Shown here piece by piece: positions 39,501-54,251 of a stretch of 64,000 nt of DNA; positions within the stretch are counted from its first letter, which is position 1, and each line of letters starts with the position of its first letter. Source of the stretch: Felis catus (lineage: Eukaryota); NCBI RefSeq assembly GCF_018350175.1, contig NC_058369.1:19532001-19596000 (forward strand), read 5' to 3'. The notes beneath the pieces were generated by a model. The model was not told the origin of the DNA. It saw only the letters and a program-made list of their open reading frames with translations, and searched no databases. A program made the translations under genes and the position numbers.

Positions 39501-40357
39501 AAACGCTGTGGCCAACACACCGCTGGCCGAGCACCAGGGAGACAGTTGTCGTGAAGGGGTTGCTAAAACTGATCTGACTCTATCAGTCCCCGAGCATCCA
39601 GCTGGGGCCTGGGCATTTGGGGTCTGTGGTGTCATGCAAGCTGACCTCCCTGGAACTTAGCCTCTGAGGAGGAGAGGTAAATGGACAGGGCAAGTGGAGG
39701 ACAAGATATGGTCAGAACTTAATGAAGTGAGGTCTGATCTGGCATGAAGCCAACTAATGCATAGCTGCAGAATTGGTTCCATTAGCTCCTTTAATGAGCT
39801 ACAAAAGCTGGGGAAATGAGTGTGTGAGAGAATAATGGCACACGTCTGATGCTCTAATTCGAAGCTGTGGCTAAAAAGTTAGATTTGACACTGCCGGCAC
39901 CTCTCCAAACAGCACTAGTGTCCTTGGATGGGGATGGGAGTGGGGGAGTGGAGGCAGTGAGTGAGGGGGAAGAGGGGCATGGCTCTGGCTTTATAAGAAG
40001 ATACTGAGGCCTTAAGAAGGAAATTCCTGCTTCTGAATCCTGAACTTGAGGTCAATCCATCCCATCCCATGTCTGAGGCTATGGCTACCATTCTGAGTGG
40101 ACAGAGCAGCTTGCAAGGGTCAGGGGCTAGCAGGGGTGGCCCTCATTGGTGTTAGCAGCACAAGGCAGGGGTGGTCTCAACAGCTGGCTATAAAATGAAT
40201 CTTGCCATTCCAGTGGCATGTGTTTCTCATAAAATTAGAGATCTGTCACCATGGGAAAAAAATAATACCAAATAATCAGACTGGGAGCCAGAAGGGATCT
40301 TAGATATGGCTGAGTTGAACATTCTTGTCAAAGAGGGAATGTGGTAAGTTCAAAGTG

Positions 40358-41064
40358 TGTGTATTTATTTATTTATTTGTTTATGAATGTCTTAAATTTT
40401 TAGTCCTTTCTTTACAGGTTACCTAGACCACTTTTGATTAAGAAAACTGTAGAAAGTAAGTGCCACAAGCAAATGCCAGGCGGTGGCACGTGTCAATTTT
40501 CCACAGAGTCCTGCTTTGCGGGGTGTCTGAATGTGCTGCTCGGGGTCTCCACTTACATTTGTTGGAGTCAGTTGCGGCAGAGTTAAGTCCACAGGTCGCT
40601 TCTCCCCATATTTATTTGTAAAGTCTTCAGTGTTCTTACAGAATTTTTTACGGTCCTTAGAGTATTCTTCAGCTAGATCAGCCCGAAGTGGTACATGGGC
40701 TGGGGGTCGTTCACCAGTGCTCTGAGGGACTGGATTACTTGGTCGGTTTTGGTTGCTGGCTTCCAGTTTTCAGCACTAATTACCGGCAGACAGACCTGCC
40801 CCTTTTCATTGATGTTTGGGTGATAGATCTTTGTTTTAAATATGATCTTCGGTGGTTTGAATGGGTACTCTGCTGGAAAGTTTATTTTGATTCTGAAGAC
40901 CCCCTTATCATATGGAGGGTTGTCAGGAACAATAAGCCCTTGCCAAGTCAATAAATTAGCTTCATCAACCTGGATGTTCCGGAAGCTTTTCATTCCACAT
41001 TTGCGGATTTCTTCAAGCTCCTTCATCAGCCTCCTGCCGGCTGCCATCTTGGATCTGGTGCTGC
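40358..41064 (-). pseudogene. UBE2L3: Processed pseudogene (retrocopy) of UBE2L3 (UbcH7)
   Basis: Intronless ORF 41047-40673 matching UBE2L3 residues 1-117; 1-nt deletion near 40690 with the native C-terminus ([16 protein letters not shown]...GEKRPVD) continuing in another frame; 3' UTR, decayed A tail, TSD core TTCAAAGTG at 40349-40357 and 41065-41073. Confidence 0.96.
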
Positions 41065-41599
41065 TTCAAAGTGCTTTTTCTTATCCATAGCCTCTCTCTG
41101 TAGAGAATAGAGGTTTCCCCACAGTGAACAAACTGTGATTTTAAAACCTGTATTTTCCTATAACATTCTGTCCAATTCTGCTGCCCGAGTGTTGGGTGTT
41201 GAACATGATGTAATCAATAGCCCAGAAATGCAGCTCTTCAGCATTCTGGTCTGCCCTTGCCTGAGGCTGGGACTAGACCTCCAAGTGGGAGAATATGTGA
41301 TAGGGGTTAGGGACATACCAGTCCTTCTACCTCTCTCTTTTCCATACTCTGGCACAGAACAAAGCTGAGATTCCCCAGAAAATAAAGGGTCTGGTGATGT
41401 TATCTCAGCCTCCTGGTGGATGTGCCAGGCTACAATGCCAAGTGCTGGCCTTAGTCTTTAGGAGGGAGTTTATTATCAGATAGTTTCATGCGAATCTTTC
41501 TGTATCTTGGAAAATTATTGTCAAAGGCGTTTTCAGAATGTAACACTTTTCCCTCATGTAAGGTCTGATGCAGAATCCCTTTAAGAATTTGGTCTTGGA

Positions 41600-41834
41600 G
41601 GGGTGCCTGGGTGACTCAGTTGGTTATGCATCTGACTTTGGCTCAGGTCATGATCTCACTATTTGTGAGTTCAAGCCCCACATTGGGCTCTGTGCTGACA
41701 GCTCAGAGCCTGGAGCCTGCTTTGGATTCTGTGTCTCCCTCTCTCTCTGCCCCTCCACCACTCTTGCTCTGTCTCTGTCTCTCTCAAAAAAATAAACATT
41801 GAAAAAATAAAAAATAAAAATCTTAAAAAAGAAA
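41600..41834 (+). mobile_element. CanSINE (SINEC_Fc2-like)
   Basis: GGGGTGCCTGGGTGACTCAGTTGG head, CT tract, A tail; TSD AAGAATTT(G/C)GTCTTG at 41583-41597 and 41835-41849. Confidence 0.95.
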
Positions 41835-44800
41835 AAGAATTTCGTCTTGAAAAAAGTTCAAGGAATGTCTGTGCTTCTCTTCATGGGGTGATAAAAGCAG
41901 CAGAACCTATCTGGTTTTCTTCTTTGCCCAAACTCCCAGGAAGCTCAGAATTAAATTGTATTTTCAGTTGTAGTTATGAGTTAGTTACATGGGTGTCTGG
42001 TATATTTAATTTTTCTCTTCATTCTAAAGAGAATCTGATGTTTTTTGTTTTATTTGTCATGCTTTAGGATTATAAAATGCCTGAAATCATGTTGTCAAAT
42101 GAATAGAGGAGTGGAAATAATAGACTTCTAGTGGCTCACTGGACAGTGAGAACAACTGGATACCTGGCTTCCAGGAGATTCCCTTTGCTGTAAGAATGAT
42201 GTCTCTCAAGCCGTGGGTTGTCAAGAACTCCAGAGTTAATATTTCTTAATTTGTTAGTGCCTCACTGATGGGAGAGATTGCAAGCCAGCTCTCTTTCCCC
42301 GGAAGGAGTGGGTGTTCCCCTAGAGGCCACACAGCAGCTTGGCCCAGGCTGCAGGTTAACTGGCTGGGAGTGTGGGGGTTGGGGTGGGGTGGGGGAGGCT
42401 GCCTGTCCAGGCTGGTGGCCTTGGGACTTCCTGTGTGTGAGACAGATGGAGATAGTGTGAACACTTTTACCTGAGAAGAGCCCAGCCCTGGGGTTAGCTG
42501 GATGTGGACACTAGATATGTGGGTGAGCATATGGGCCTGGGTGGATGGCCTTTCTGGGGCTGGGAGGTGGCGGTAGTAGGGTGTTGGGGCTTGTCCCAAA
42601 ACTGCGTCTTCACAGAGCCACTGCAGACATCCCAGCTCTGTTTGATGCCCTAGGAAAGCAGACAGAGTGCTTTTACAGCTCTGGGCAACGTGAGGTGATG
42701 CAAAAGATGGGGCCTCAGTGAGAGAGGAGGTCTGAGCAGAGGGGTCGGGGCTTGGTCACCTGCTTGGGCAAGGCTGTCACAGATTGAGTTGTGGTAGCAA
42801 GACCTCCAGTCTTTCTTGGGCACCCCTCTGTGTCCAGTACTCTGGTAGGCACTTCAGAGAGATAGAAAATGTTGGATGAATAGATGGACAGATGGGTGGT
42901 TCCCATCTCTAGGGGTTCAGAGTCACTATTGCAGGGAATGGAGACACATGCATACCCACAGCCCCTCACTTGCACACTTCCCCCACCCCCCATGCTCCCT
43001 ATACCCATACACCCTCAGGGAAACACCCCTATACATGCATGTACCCATGTTCCCGTGCACATCTCTACACACACCCCTGCTCTCACACACACCTATGCAC
43101 ACATTTATTTCAGAACAAGTTTCCCGAGTCTTGTAAGCAGTAGTTTTGGCCAGTGCCTCTTCAACTTGGTGTCACCCCCTCCTCCCATTTCCCCTAGGGG
43201 AGGGGTTGTCTGGACACTCTCTCAAAAGTCCCTTCTCCTCCCTGTTCAGCCTTGCCACACTCCAGCTTGGTGGCCCCAGGGCAGTGACTTCATCTTCCTG
43301 AACTTCTCTTTCCTCAGTCTATAAATTGGGGTTGCTGGTCCCGCCCTGCTTGCCTCATAGGGCAGCACCAGCATTCCCATGAGATAAGGGGAAAGAGAGC
43401 GTTTTGTCAACTACAAATTGTTTTCCAAACAGTCAAATGTTGCTATTGCTTTCCCAGCTCCTGAACTCAGGACCTCCTCCATCTACACGTGAAGCCTGTC
43501 CTTGGGTGGGACGGAACACAGCAGGGAGGGAGAGAGGGAGCCTGGCCAGTCCCAAGGCTCCCATTCCACCTGGTGCCGCTGGAGGGGCATGGGCCCCGCT
43601 GCCTGAACCTTTGTCAGGGTCTACTGTCTGCTGGGGTTGCCAGGGATCTTGGCCATTTTGCTGTAGGGTCTGGGGACAATTTGGCAATGGAGAGTGAGGG
43701 AGAAGGGAGAGGTGGAAACTGCTTCATCAAAGCCTGAGTCTGGAGTGGTGTCATTTGTTCAAGGATATGTCATCTCAGATTTGATGCTCATCTACCTGTG
43801 GTGGGGGCCCTCACCTCAAGTACAGCCAGGAGCCCGCCCTTAGGAGAAAGCCAGGGTTCCGTCTCACAGGTATTTGGGTGCCTGCTGGGCATAGCTGGAG
43901 CTGCCCAGGAACCATCACTGACACTTAGTTTTGGTGGACCCCTGGGGGGTCCAGGGGACATGGGATGGGAGTGAGGCAAGGGTGGGGGATCTGCTGAGGT
44001 GACTACCCCCCTTCTTTTCTTCCTGGCTGTGACTAGGGACCAGGTGACCCCCATGAGGTTCAGGTATTTGGATAGGTGTCCGTGGAGACTCAGGGGCTGC
44101 TCCATGAAGGCAGTGATGTGGGAGTGGGGCTGTGGTAGTTACTTTGCAAGGAGCTTCTGATCTTTGCACCTCTGAACCTCTGAGAGATTCCCTTCTCCCA
44201 ATCTAGCCCAAACCCCATAGTTTCTCTCTGTGAGAAACTGAGGCCCAGAGGCGCAAAGGAACCACCCAAGGTCACACTGAGAGTAAGAGTAGAACCTGAG
44301 CCTCCTATATCTTACCCCTGTGCTCATTTCTATGCCTGGGAAAAAGGGGCTCTTGCTTGGAGACATCTTTTATGAAGGATTGTATGGACTCATGTACCTG
44401 CATGACTGAAGCCAGTTTATAGCAATAGCCTGTGGGCTGGAGCAGTCAGGATGGGCTCCTTGGAAGAGGTGGTAAAATCTGGTTCACCATTTGTTGAGCT
44501 TTCCTGGGTCCTCCTCAATTTAATCTTATTCTGTCCTCATGGTGAGTTGTGAGGGTTTCATCCTCTTATCTCCACTTTCTAGGTTTACTTGTTCAATAAA
44601 TATACAAGTATTATCTGAGCCAGTACTCTGTGCCAGGCCCAGAAACTGGGACCCACAGGTGACCAGGCAGATTGGCCATGCTCTTGTGGGCCCACAGTCT
44701 CATGAGGGAGGCAGCATGCTGCCAGCCTGGCTGGGGAATCAGCCGTGTGGCCTGGGACCAGTTACTTTCCCTCTCTGTGCCTCCATTTCTCAGCTAAAGA

Positions 44801-44969
44801 ATGGTGATAACAAAACCCCTTGCTCCTAACATTTATAAAGTGCTCAGAACAGAGCCAGGCACATTGAAAGTGCAATATCTATATGTGTGTGTTTGTTTAA
44901 AGAGTTATCAAAGGAACAAGCTAATTGTAGGTTGTGAGCCAGTGCTGCACAGGAGGGAGGTAAAAAGGG

Positions 44970-45145
44970 TGATGACGTGGGAGCTTGCTGGGGAGCTGGA
45001 AGTGTTTCTATCTTGATGGGGGGTGTGGGTCACGGGGGTGTGCAGCTGTCAAAACTCATTGAGCTGGGCTCTTGAGACCTGTGCATTTTACTGTATGTGA
45101 AGTATACCTTAATGAGCAAAACACATGTATAAAAAAAGAAAAAGG
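44970..45145 (+). mobile_element. L1M 3' end fragment
   Basis: GTTTCTATCTTGAT...GTCAAAACTCATTGAGCTG...TGTGCATTTTACTGTATGT followed by an A-rich tail. Confidence 0.7.
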
Positions 45146-47648
45146 GTGAAGGGAGAATGAGGAACTCTTGAGGTCCTCTTTAGTCGGGGTGGTCAGGGAG
45201 GGCTTCTGAGAAGAGGTGACATTGGGGGGACTCCTGGAAGAGGAGAAGGCTCTGGCTATGGAGAAGAAAGATGAGGAAACTGAGGCTCTAAGAGGTTTGG
45301 GGCCACACTCAAAGCCAACCCAAGGGATTAAGAGTGACAGCCCAGGAGATTTCTTGATAGCTGGGCCTGGGTGGGACCAGGTCCATGGCTCTGGCCCCTG
45401 TGATCTCCCCTGCAGAGAAGTCAGTGGAGGCATTTATTGTGTCTTCTGGGGGCAGCCATATCTCCACCCCTGTGCCTGTTCTCAGGGCCTTGGCACTAAG
45501 AAAAGGACTATTTTAATCCGTGTGGGAAATGGGTTCCTAAATATGGACTGAGTAGGGTGGGAGCCATTCAGAGGCTCCAACTCAGGGCAGCTCCACCTGC
45601 TCCTCCACCTCAGCAAAGCACAGGGTACAGTCTTAGGCCATGAGGCCCTCTGGCCCTCCTTGGCCATCCACTCCCTTCCCCCCACTCTCTCCCACACCTC
45701 CCTTCTAGCACTGTGCCCACCCGCCCGTCTTTTGTTTGTTCAGGAGCTCAGTGTTTTCTGTTGGCCCCAGCCAGGGACCTGCAGCTGGACCTGCCCTGCC
45801 TCTTCTCTAAAACTGCTTTCAGCCTGATTGGAGGTACAGAGGCAAAAACCACAGGGGGAGGTGCTGGGAGGTCTTTGCAGACAAGGAGACATCTGAGCTG
45901 AGCCCAGAAGTTTCCTCAAAAAGAGGGAGTTGGCCCAATGGGGAAGGAGAGGGGCAATGGTGCATGTGGCATAGGCATAGAGTAAGGCTGTTTGGGCTTG
46001 GTAAGTACATTATTCTGACCAGAACAGGAAGGGTTGGGAGCCAAAGGTAGCAGGCAATGAGAGGAAGGCAAGCCCTGAATGGCAGGGGAGGTGGTGGCTA
46101 TTATTTGGAGCCATGGGGGAGGGGATTTAAGGGGTTGGGGCAAGGATAGGTCGGGCCGAGGACCTCACTAGGAGTGTTCCAGCTGTGCGCTTGGGATTTT
46201 ATGAGAGAAGAGAGAGGACTCTGGTGTAGGAGTGAGATGCTAGTAGCAGGGCAGAGTGAAGAGGGGGTCCTGGAGCCAGTCTGAAGACCCCTCCAGGACA
46301 CAATCAAGTCAGACCAGACTGGGCAAGAGATAGCAAGGGGCAGGGAGAAGTGTAAGGAGGCCACACAGAAAAGAGGTGTAGAGGGAACAGAGCAGGGACG
46401 GAGGATGGTACATCTTGGGTCCTGTGGCTAAAACTGGGGTACCCCTGGCTACAGCCACCTCAGGTAGTGTGGTGAGTGGGAGTGACTGAGCCCCTGCCTC
46501 CAGCACTGCAAGCAAGAGTCTGGTACTCAGGAGCTGTGTGGGCAGAGAACTGAGGGATGTTCTGGGAGGCAAAGGCAGTGTGAGCAAAGGACCCATGGTT
46601 TCCAGGCTGGGAGTCTGCCTACAGCAGCCTCCATGCACACCCCCACCCTGGACTGGTTAATGGAGCAAGGACCCCAAAACTGGTGGAGGGGCTTGCCCAG
46701 CTCCCTGCACCCCCAGGCTAGGTCGTGGTTAGCTGCTGCAGAAATGGGGGAACAGCTATGGGGCAGCAGGCATGAGAGCCTACTGCCTTCCTCTGTGCTC
46801 CTGTCTACCTTAGCCTAGAGAGCTTGGTCCCAGAGCTGTTCTTCACAGTGCCCTGCAGAGGGGAAGGCAAGGCCAGGGATGGTACAGGGTCCTGCAGGTA
46901 CTGAGCAAGATGAAACTGCTCTGAGCTGTAGGCTTGAATTCTGACCCTGGTCCTCAACCCTGATCAACTAGGAAACAAATGGGGCTGGGTCTCAGGTGAG
47001 CAGCCCTGTGGGGAGATGGTTTGTCCCTGTTCTCCACATTCTGGACCACCTCACCCCGCATGCTGACTTCTCCTCCTCCCCTATACCTCCTCTGAGCAGG
47101 ACCACTCCGGGAGGCCTTGCTCATTTCCAGCAACTGGCATTATGGTTGGCAGCCATAGCCTAGGGCTGAGTTAACCTGAATGAGGATCCTGATGCCCGCC
47201 CACCCGCCACCTGCCTTGCTGTGATGCATCCTGTAGGGATGACTCTGTTATTACTCCATTTTACTGAGTTGTGGGCTTTGACTTGGAGCTGTGAATGTTT
47301 GCCTGAGGTCATACTGAGTCACTGGGAGAATTCAGCCCCAAACTCAGGCCTCATCTGACCAGGATGTTACCTCCCTCAACTAGGGTGCCCCCTGCCCCCA
47401 GACACTACCTATGGGTCTACAACTCTTGTGCCATAACATTGCAAAAGTGCAGCTCGAGGGATGTGTGGCCCCTGACCTGGGGTCTCATACCTGATGTGTG
47501 ATTTGCTTACAAAGCCCACTCAACTCCCACTTCCCTGGCTGCCCTGGAGAAGGCATGCAGGGCTTCTCTAGCCTCTGAGTCTTTCTAAGCTGTCAGCTAC
47601 CCCCAGGGCCTTCCTGTGGCCATTGGACCACAAATCAGAGAAACCTAG

Positions 47649-48008
<360 letters not shown>

Positions 48009-48469
48009 TAGGGGCCCTCTCTGCTCTTCAGATAGCAGCTATGGGAGGCACTCCAGCCCTTGAGGAGTAATGGAGGGGCAGCTTCAGGCATTGCCCATAG
48101 AGCTGTGCAGGTGCTAGCCACAAGGCCGTTCCCACAAGGATGGGAAGGGAACCATGGGGGCTCCAATTTGGCTTCCCTGAGTGTGATTTCACTTTGGGAA
48201 GAGGGGCTGGAAGAGTTGTCAGAGAAAGCCGCCAAGTCCTGATTGTGGGTCAGGGGAGATTTGTGGGGGAAGCAGGACACACACAGTCACCTCCTCGGTT
48301 TGTACTCCTGTGGTCCCTCCAGATACTGGGAGCCAGTGGCCTCTTCTACCTTGGGCTTCTACCAATAGCACTGTGGCTCAACCCTAGCCTTCCTCAGACC
48401 CTGGGCCTCGTGTCTACACCTCAAGCTCCTCCCCACCTACCTTTAAGTCCTTCCTCATCCTATAGGTTA

Positions 48470-48770
48470 ACAGCTCTTGAGTCAGATTTGGGGTTCAGAT
48501 CCTGGCTCTACTACCCACTGGCTGTGTGATTTTAGATAGCCCTTAACCTCTCTGAATTTTTGTAACTGCCATGTAAAATGTGGAGGAAGATCTAAATGTA
48601 GTATTCACCCTGTACCTGACTCCATTCTAAATGCTCCATGTGTATTGCTTATTCAATCTGTGCAACTCTGTGACACTGGTGCTATAAATCCCATTTTACA
48701 AAAGAGGAAGCTGAGGCACAGAGAGGTAAAGGGACCAGCCCTGGGTCACATAGCAGTGCACGTGAAGGGT
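48470..48770. mobile_element. Two MIR fragments in opposite orientations
   Basis: GGGTTCAGATCCTGGCTCT...CTGTGTGA...CTTAACCTCTCTGA (plus) and CCCATTTTACAAAAGAGGAAGCTGAGGCACAGAGAGGT (minus). Confidence 0.65.
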
Positions 48771-49105
48771 TTGCCCAGGGTACAACACCCTGTAGGTGTT
48801 CAGAAAGCTGTTGTCATGATGATGACAATTGACATCTCCTCCCTTATATGAAGAAGCTGAGGCTTGGATGGAGGTTTGGGCTGCCCAAGCCTCAACCAGA
48901 TGGGGGCAGTGATCCTGGTGAGGATCCCTGGGGAGCCCACCCTATTTCTAAGAGTCCAGTTAAACCCACCCAAGCTGATGGCCCACTATGCACCAAGTTC
49001 TTCAAGGCACGAGGAGGCTGATGCTGACTGTTTCCAGGGGCAGAGCGACAGGGCCTGAGGTCTGGGCCTGTGATTCAGAGCAGGGGCAGGCTGACACTTG
49101 ATTAG

Positions 49106-49270
<165 letters not shown>

Positions 49271-49541
49271 TGATGCTGGGCAAGGCCCTACTCCTCTCTG
49301 TGCCTCAGTCTATGCAGCTGAATAAGAGATGGTGGGATAGAGTGTTCATCCTCCCAAGGAGTTCCATGAATTCAAAATACCTTGTCAGAGATGGACTCTT
49401 CATGGCTTTGGGATGGAGGCCTCAAAGCCTCTTGGTGCCAATGAGCATCTCAGCTGGGAAGAGGTAGCCCAGGCCTGAGGAAAGAGGTAGAGGGGGACTG
49501 TGCTTTCTACCCCCAGAGGAAATTAGGATGAATGGGGGTGA

Positions 49542-49763
<222 letters not shown>

Positions 49764-51473
49764 TAGGACCCAGGTTGGGGGACCAGAGAAGGGAGTACAC
49801 AACCCTCAATGGCTCCCAGTACCCACTAGATGGAGGCGAGTTTCCTTGATCAGCATTCAAAGCCTCTGCCCCCTGGCCCAGACTGCTCTTCTCAGCCACT
49901 TCTCCCATGGTTTCAGCATATTCCTTCTGCTCTAGCCAGATGGGTCTCCTTGTTTCTTTTAAACACTGTGTAATCCCAGTAGGCTTAAGCATAAATGAGT
50001 GCTTGCCTCAAGCCAGTAGACACTGACAAGCATGTTGTTTAATTCTCATATAACCCTGTGAGATAGGAGCCATTACCCATTTTACAGATGAGGAAGACAG
50101 GTCTCAGAGAGAGATTGTACCTTGCCTAAGCCTGCACAGATGCCACACTGGGATTCATTCATTCTTTCTTTCAGCAAGGACTTTTATGAACATGCAATGT
50201 ACCAGGTCTCAGACAGGGACTGCCTGACACTGTTGTGGCTTCTGTGAAGTAACAGCCATAGTTTTGGTAGATTAGGCCCTCTAACGCCAGCATTTTAAGG
50301 GAAAGAAGCCATTTGCTGGGAGGCAAGGAGGAACCAGTTGAAGTAGTCCCAGCTCCTGGGTCTGTTTGCCCTTTCAGTGGATGGGATTCAGACACTTTCT
50401 AGAGGTTCAGCTCTCCAAATGTCCTATCTAGGGAGGACTGGGTCCTATAGGTCATCAGGATTGGATGCATAAAATGCAAACCGCATGAAGCAGTCCTACA
50501 CACATATGTATACACGTGCCAGCCACCATCAGAGCAGAATCTGTGAGTCCTGAGCCCTCTACCCCAGGCTTAGAGCATCACCCTGAGGCTTACTTCCTCC
50601 TGAGACTGGGCAGAGAGGAGTGGAGGGCCCAGCTACAACATCAGGCTCCTCCTCTGGCTGAGTACTGCCAGTCCATTTATCTTTTGATTCTGGATACACA
50701 TGGAGCCAGGACAGACTCACCTTCTGAACCCTTGCTTTATTTTGGCCCTGGCTTCCTTTTTTTCCCAAGGAGAGAAAAGCCTTCTTTAGAGGTGACTCCC
50801 TTGAATAAACTAAACATGCTTTCCTGCTTTCATCCCAATCCAAGATCAGATCATCTCAAATAGAACTGGAGAAAAAGCTTTCACTGGCTCCAAACTGGAG
50901 CTCCATCCAATACCGTGTCCTTTTACCCCAGCTCTGCTTGAGGGTCTCTCCTTTCCTCCAGAGCCCTAGGTCCTACCTATTCATTAAAAACCAGCTTCAG
51001 GACTGCCTCCTCCATGCAGACCTCCCCGCTTCTCTTTTCCTCAGGCTCTCTGTGCTTTGCAACCAGGAAGAACAGCCTCTGTGCAGCTCCTGGGGCCTAA
51101 GTGGTGGGGGCTTTCTTCCTGAGCAACCTCGGGCAGGGCTGCCCTGCTCACTTGTTCCAGGTTGGGCACAGGACATGGGCTTGGCAACATGACAGCCTAC
51201 CTTGCCCCAGAACCTTCATTTTGGTATTTCATGGCAGCATTACCAACACAGGCTTCAAAGTTCCTGCCCCTGGGCTCTGTGTGGCACTTGGCTTTTCACA
51301 GCTTTGGCTGCACACCTGCCTCTGTTTCCCTTCTGTGAAAGGAGGCATTACCTCCCAGCCACCTTTGTCTTCTCCATATTTGGCCCACATTGTTGGTAAC
51401 CAGGGCCCCGGTCTTTTTAGTGAGATGGAGCTGGTTCCTCCTGAATGGATTGGGGTGAAGGAAGTCTGCCTGA

Positions 51474-51767
<294 letters not shown>

Positions 51768-52463
51768 TAAGGAGGGAGGAAAGGATTCTATGGAGGCGGT
51801 GACGTGGGGGGCCGGAGGCTGCAAAAATATTCTCCCAAACTTCAGCTTCTGCTTTTGAAAATAGATCCAGGAAAATTCTGGCTGTGGCCTGTGAGCTGAA
51901 TGACATCACAGCAGCTCTAAATATATACGTGATAAAAGGCTGCCATCAGCTCGGGACGGAGCCCAACCGAGGTTGTTTTTCTCCAGTTTTTATCTTCCTG
52001 GGATTCATATTCACAAAGTAGGCAGTCCTCCCCTATCACATTAGAAGGATACAGGGCACCAGCCACTTGTCTTGAGGGAGAGGGTCCCTTAGACGAGGGC
52101 ATGGACGGGATTTGGGGGTGTCACATACTCATGCTTCCAGAGAAGCTCCCTGCTCCCTTGTGAGTGGGAAGCCCAGATCTGGAAAGTGTCCCTACTGTGA
52201 GAGAGGGGTGATGACTCTATTTACAGAGGGCTCTTTTCTCTCAGGGAGGCCTTCCAAGAGAGCTGCTGAAGGGGTGGGGAACCCTTGAGACAGCTGAAAC
52301 GGTATCCTGTTTACCAGGATGTGTTTTGCAGTATTTTGGCTTGGAAATCTTCTGGCCTGCCCATCATTGCACAGGTGGGAAGAACAAGGCCCCATGGGAT
52401 GGTAGCCAAGCTGAAAGTGGAAACCAGAGCCCTACCCTTGGCCCCTCCTTGCCCGTGATCTAG

Positions 52464-52916
<453 letters not shown>

Positions 52917-53244
52917 TGAGTACCACCACCTTTACCCCTATACTACCTCCTCATATCCTCAGAACCACTTCTGCTCTGCCCCCCTCAAACCTTTGGTGAA
53001 CCTTGAGTGGGTCATTCTTCATGCAGGCTGCCCTTCCCTTTTGGTCAGGGGACACCCCTCCTTCAGGCTGCCTGAAGGTCTCTCCTTGCCAAGGGCAGAT
53101 GGCATTCCTAGCATGACCCCAGAGTCCAGAGGGCTGGTATTCTTGCCAAGGTGGCTGCCATAGTGGCTGCCTGTCTTCCCAGTCAGGGATTTGGGGAGGG
53201 GAATGGGTCCACCCTGGTGCTGCCCTCACACCTGTGCTGAATGA

Positions 53245-53475
<231 letters not shown>

Positions 53476-53634
53476 TGACATTCCATATCCCATATCCCAG
53501 CTGTGTGGCCCTAGGAAGGTTACCCAAACTTTCTGAACCTCAGTTTCTATATCTACCAAATGGGCTCAAAACTCACCTCCTCAAAATTTCCTCTAACTCC
53601 TGTCCCTTATTAATATTTTCCCTTTGAGGACCCT

Positions 53635-53750
53635 GTATCCATTTTCTATGGCTACTTAATGAGCTCTTCCCAACACTTAGTAGCTTAAAACAAGAAACAG
53701 TTATTAGCTCACTGTTTCTATGGGTTAGGAATCTGGGGGCACATGTAGAG
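53635..53750 (-). mobile_element. MLT1-type LTR 3' fragment
   Basis: TGTATCCATTTTCTATGGCT...CTTAGTAGCTTAAAACAA...TTATTAGCTCAC...TTCTATGGGTTAGGAATCTGGG. Confidence 0.6.
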
Positions 53751-53811
53751 CAGTGTGGGGGACTGACTCTGAGGGACTCTGTAACTTCCCCACTCCCCAT
53801 TCTTCCTCTAG

Positions 53812-53897
53812 CCAAGCAGCTGATCCGCCTCCTGCTGAAGACAGACCCCACAGAGAGGCTGACCATCACACAGTTCATGAACCATCCCTGGATCAAT
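53812..53897 (+). CDS. MAPKAPK3: MAPKAPK3 coding exon 8
   Basis: TAG|KQLIRLLLKTDPTERLTITQFMNHPWIN|GTGAG. Confidence 0.97.
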
Positions 53898-54170
53898 GTG
53901 AGTGCCTCTGTGCCCTGTGGAGGGCAGAGTGGCAAGCTGGAGTGGGGCCGTAGGCAGGAGGGTGATGTCTCTGGAGGTCCTGGGGCAGGCCACAGATGTG
54001 TGATAGGACCCCACCAACAGCCTGACTTTGCCACTGCTTCAGTCAGACTCCTTTGCCTCCCTGAGCCTTGGATGTCCCATCTAAGACAGGAAGAAAGGGA
54101 GTGGGGTGGGGAGCCAGTGCTGTCCCAGGTGCCTGCAGGTTCTAATCCATGGGCTTGGGGCTCCTTCCAG

Positions 54171-54251
54171 CAATCGATGGTGGTGCCACAGACCCCACTC
54201 CACACGGCCCGAGTGCTTCAGGAGGATAGAGACCACTGGGATGAGGTCAAG
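54171..54251 (+). CDS. MAPKAPK3: MAPKAPK3 coding exon 9
   Basis: CAG|QSMVVPQTPLHTARVLQEDRDHWDEVK|GTAGG. Confidence 0.97.
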
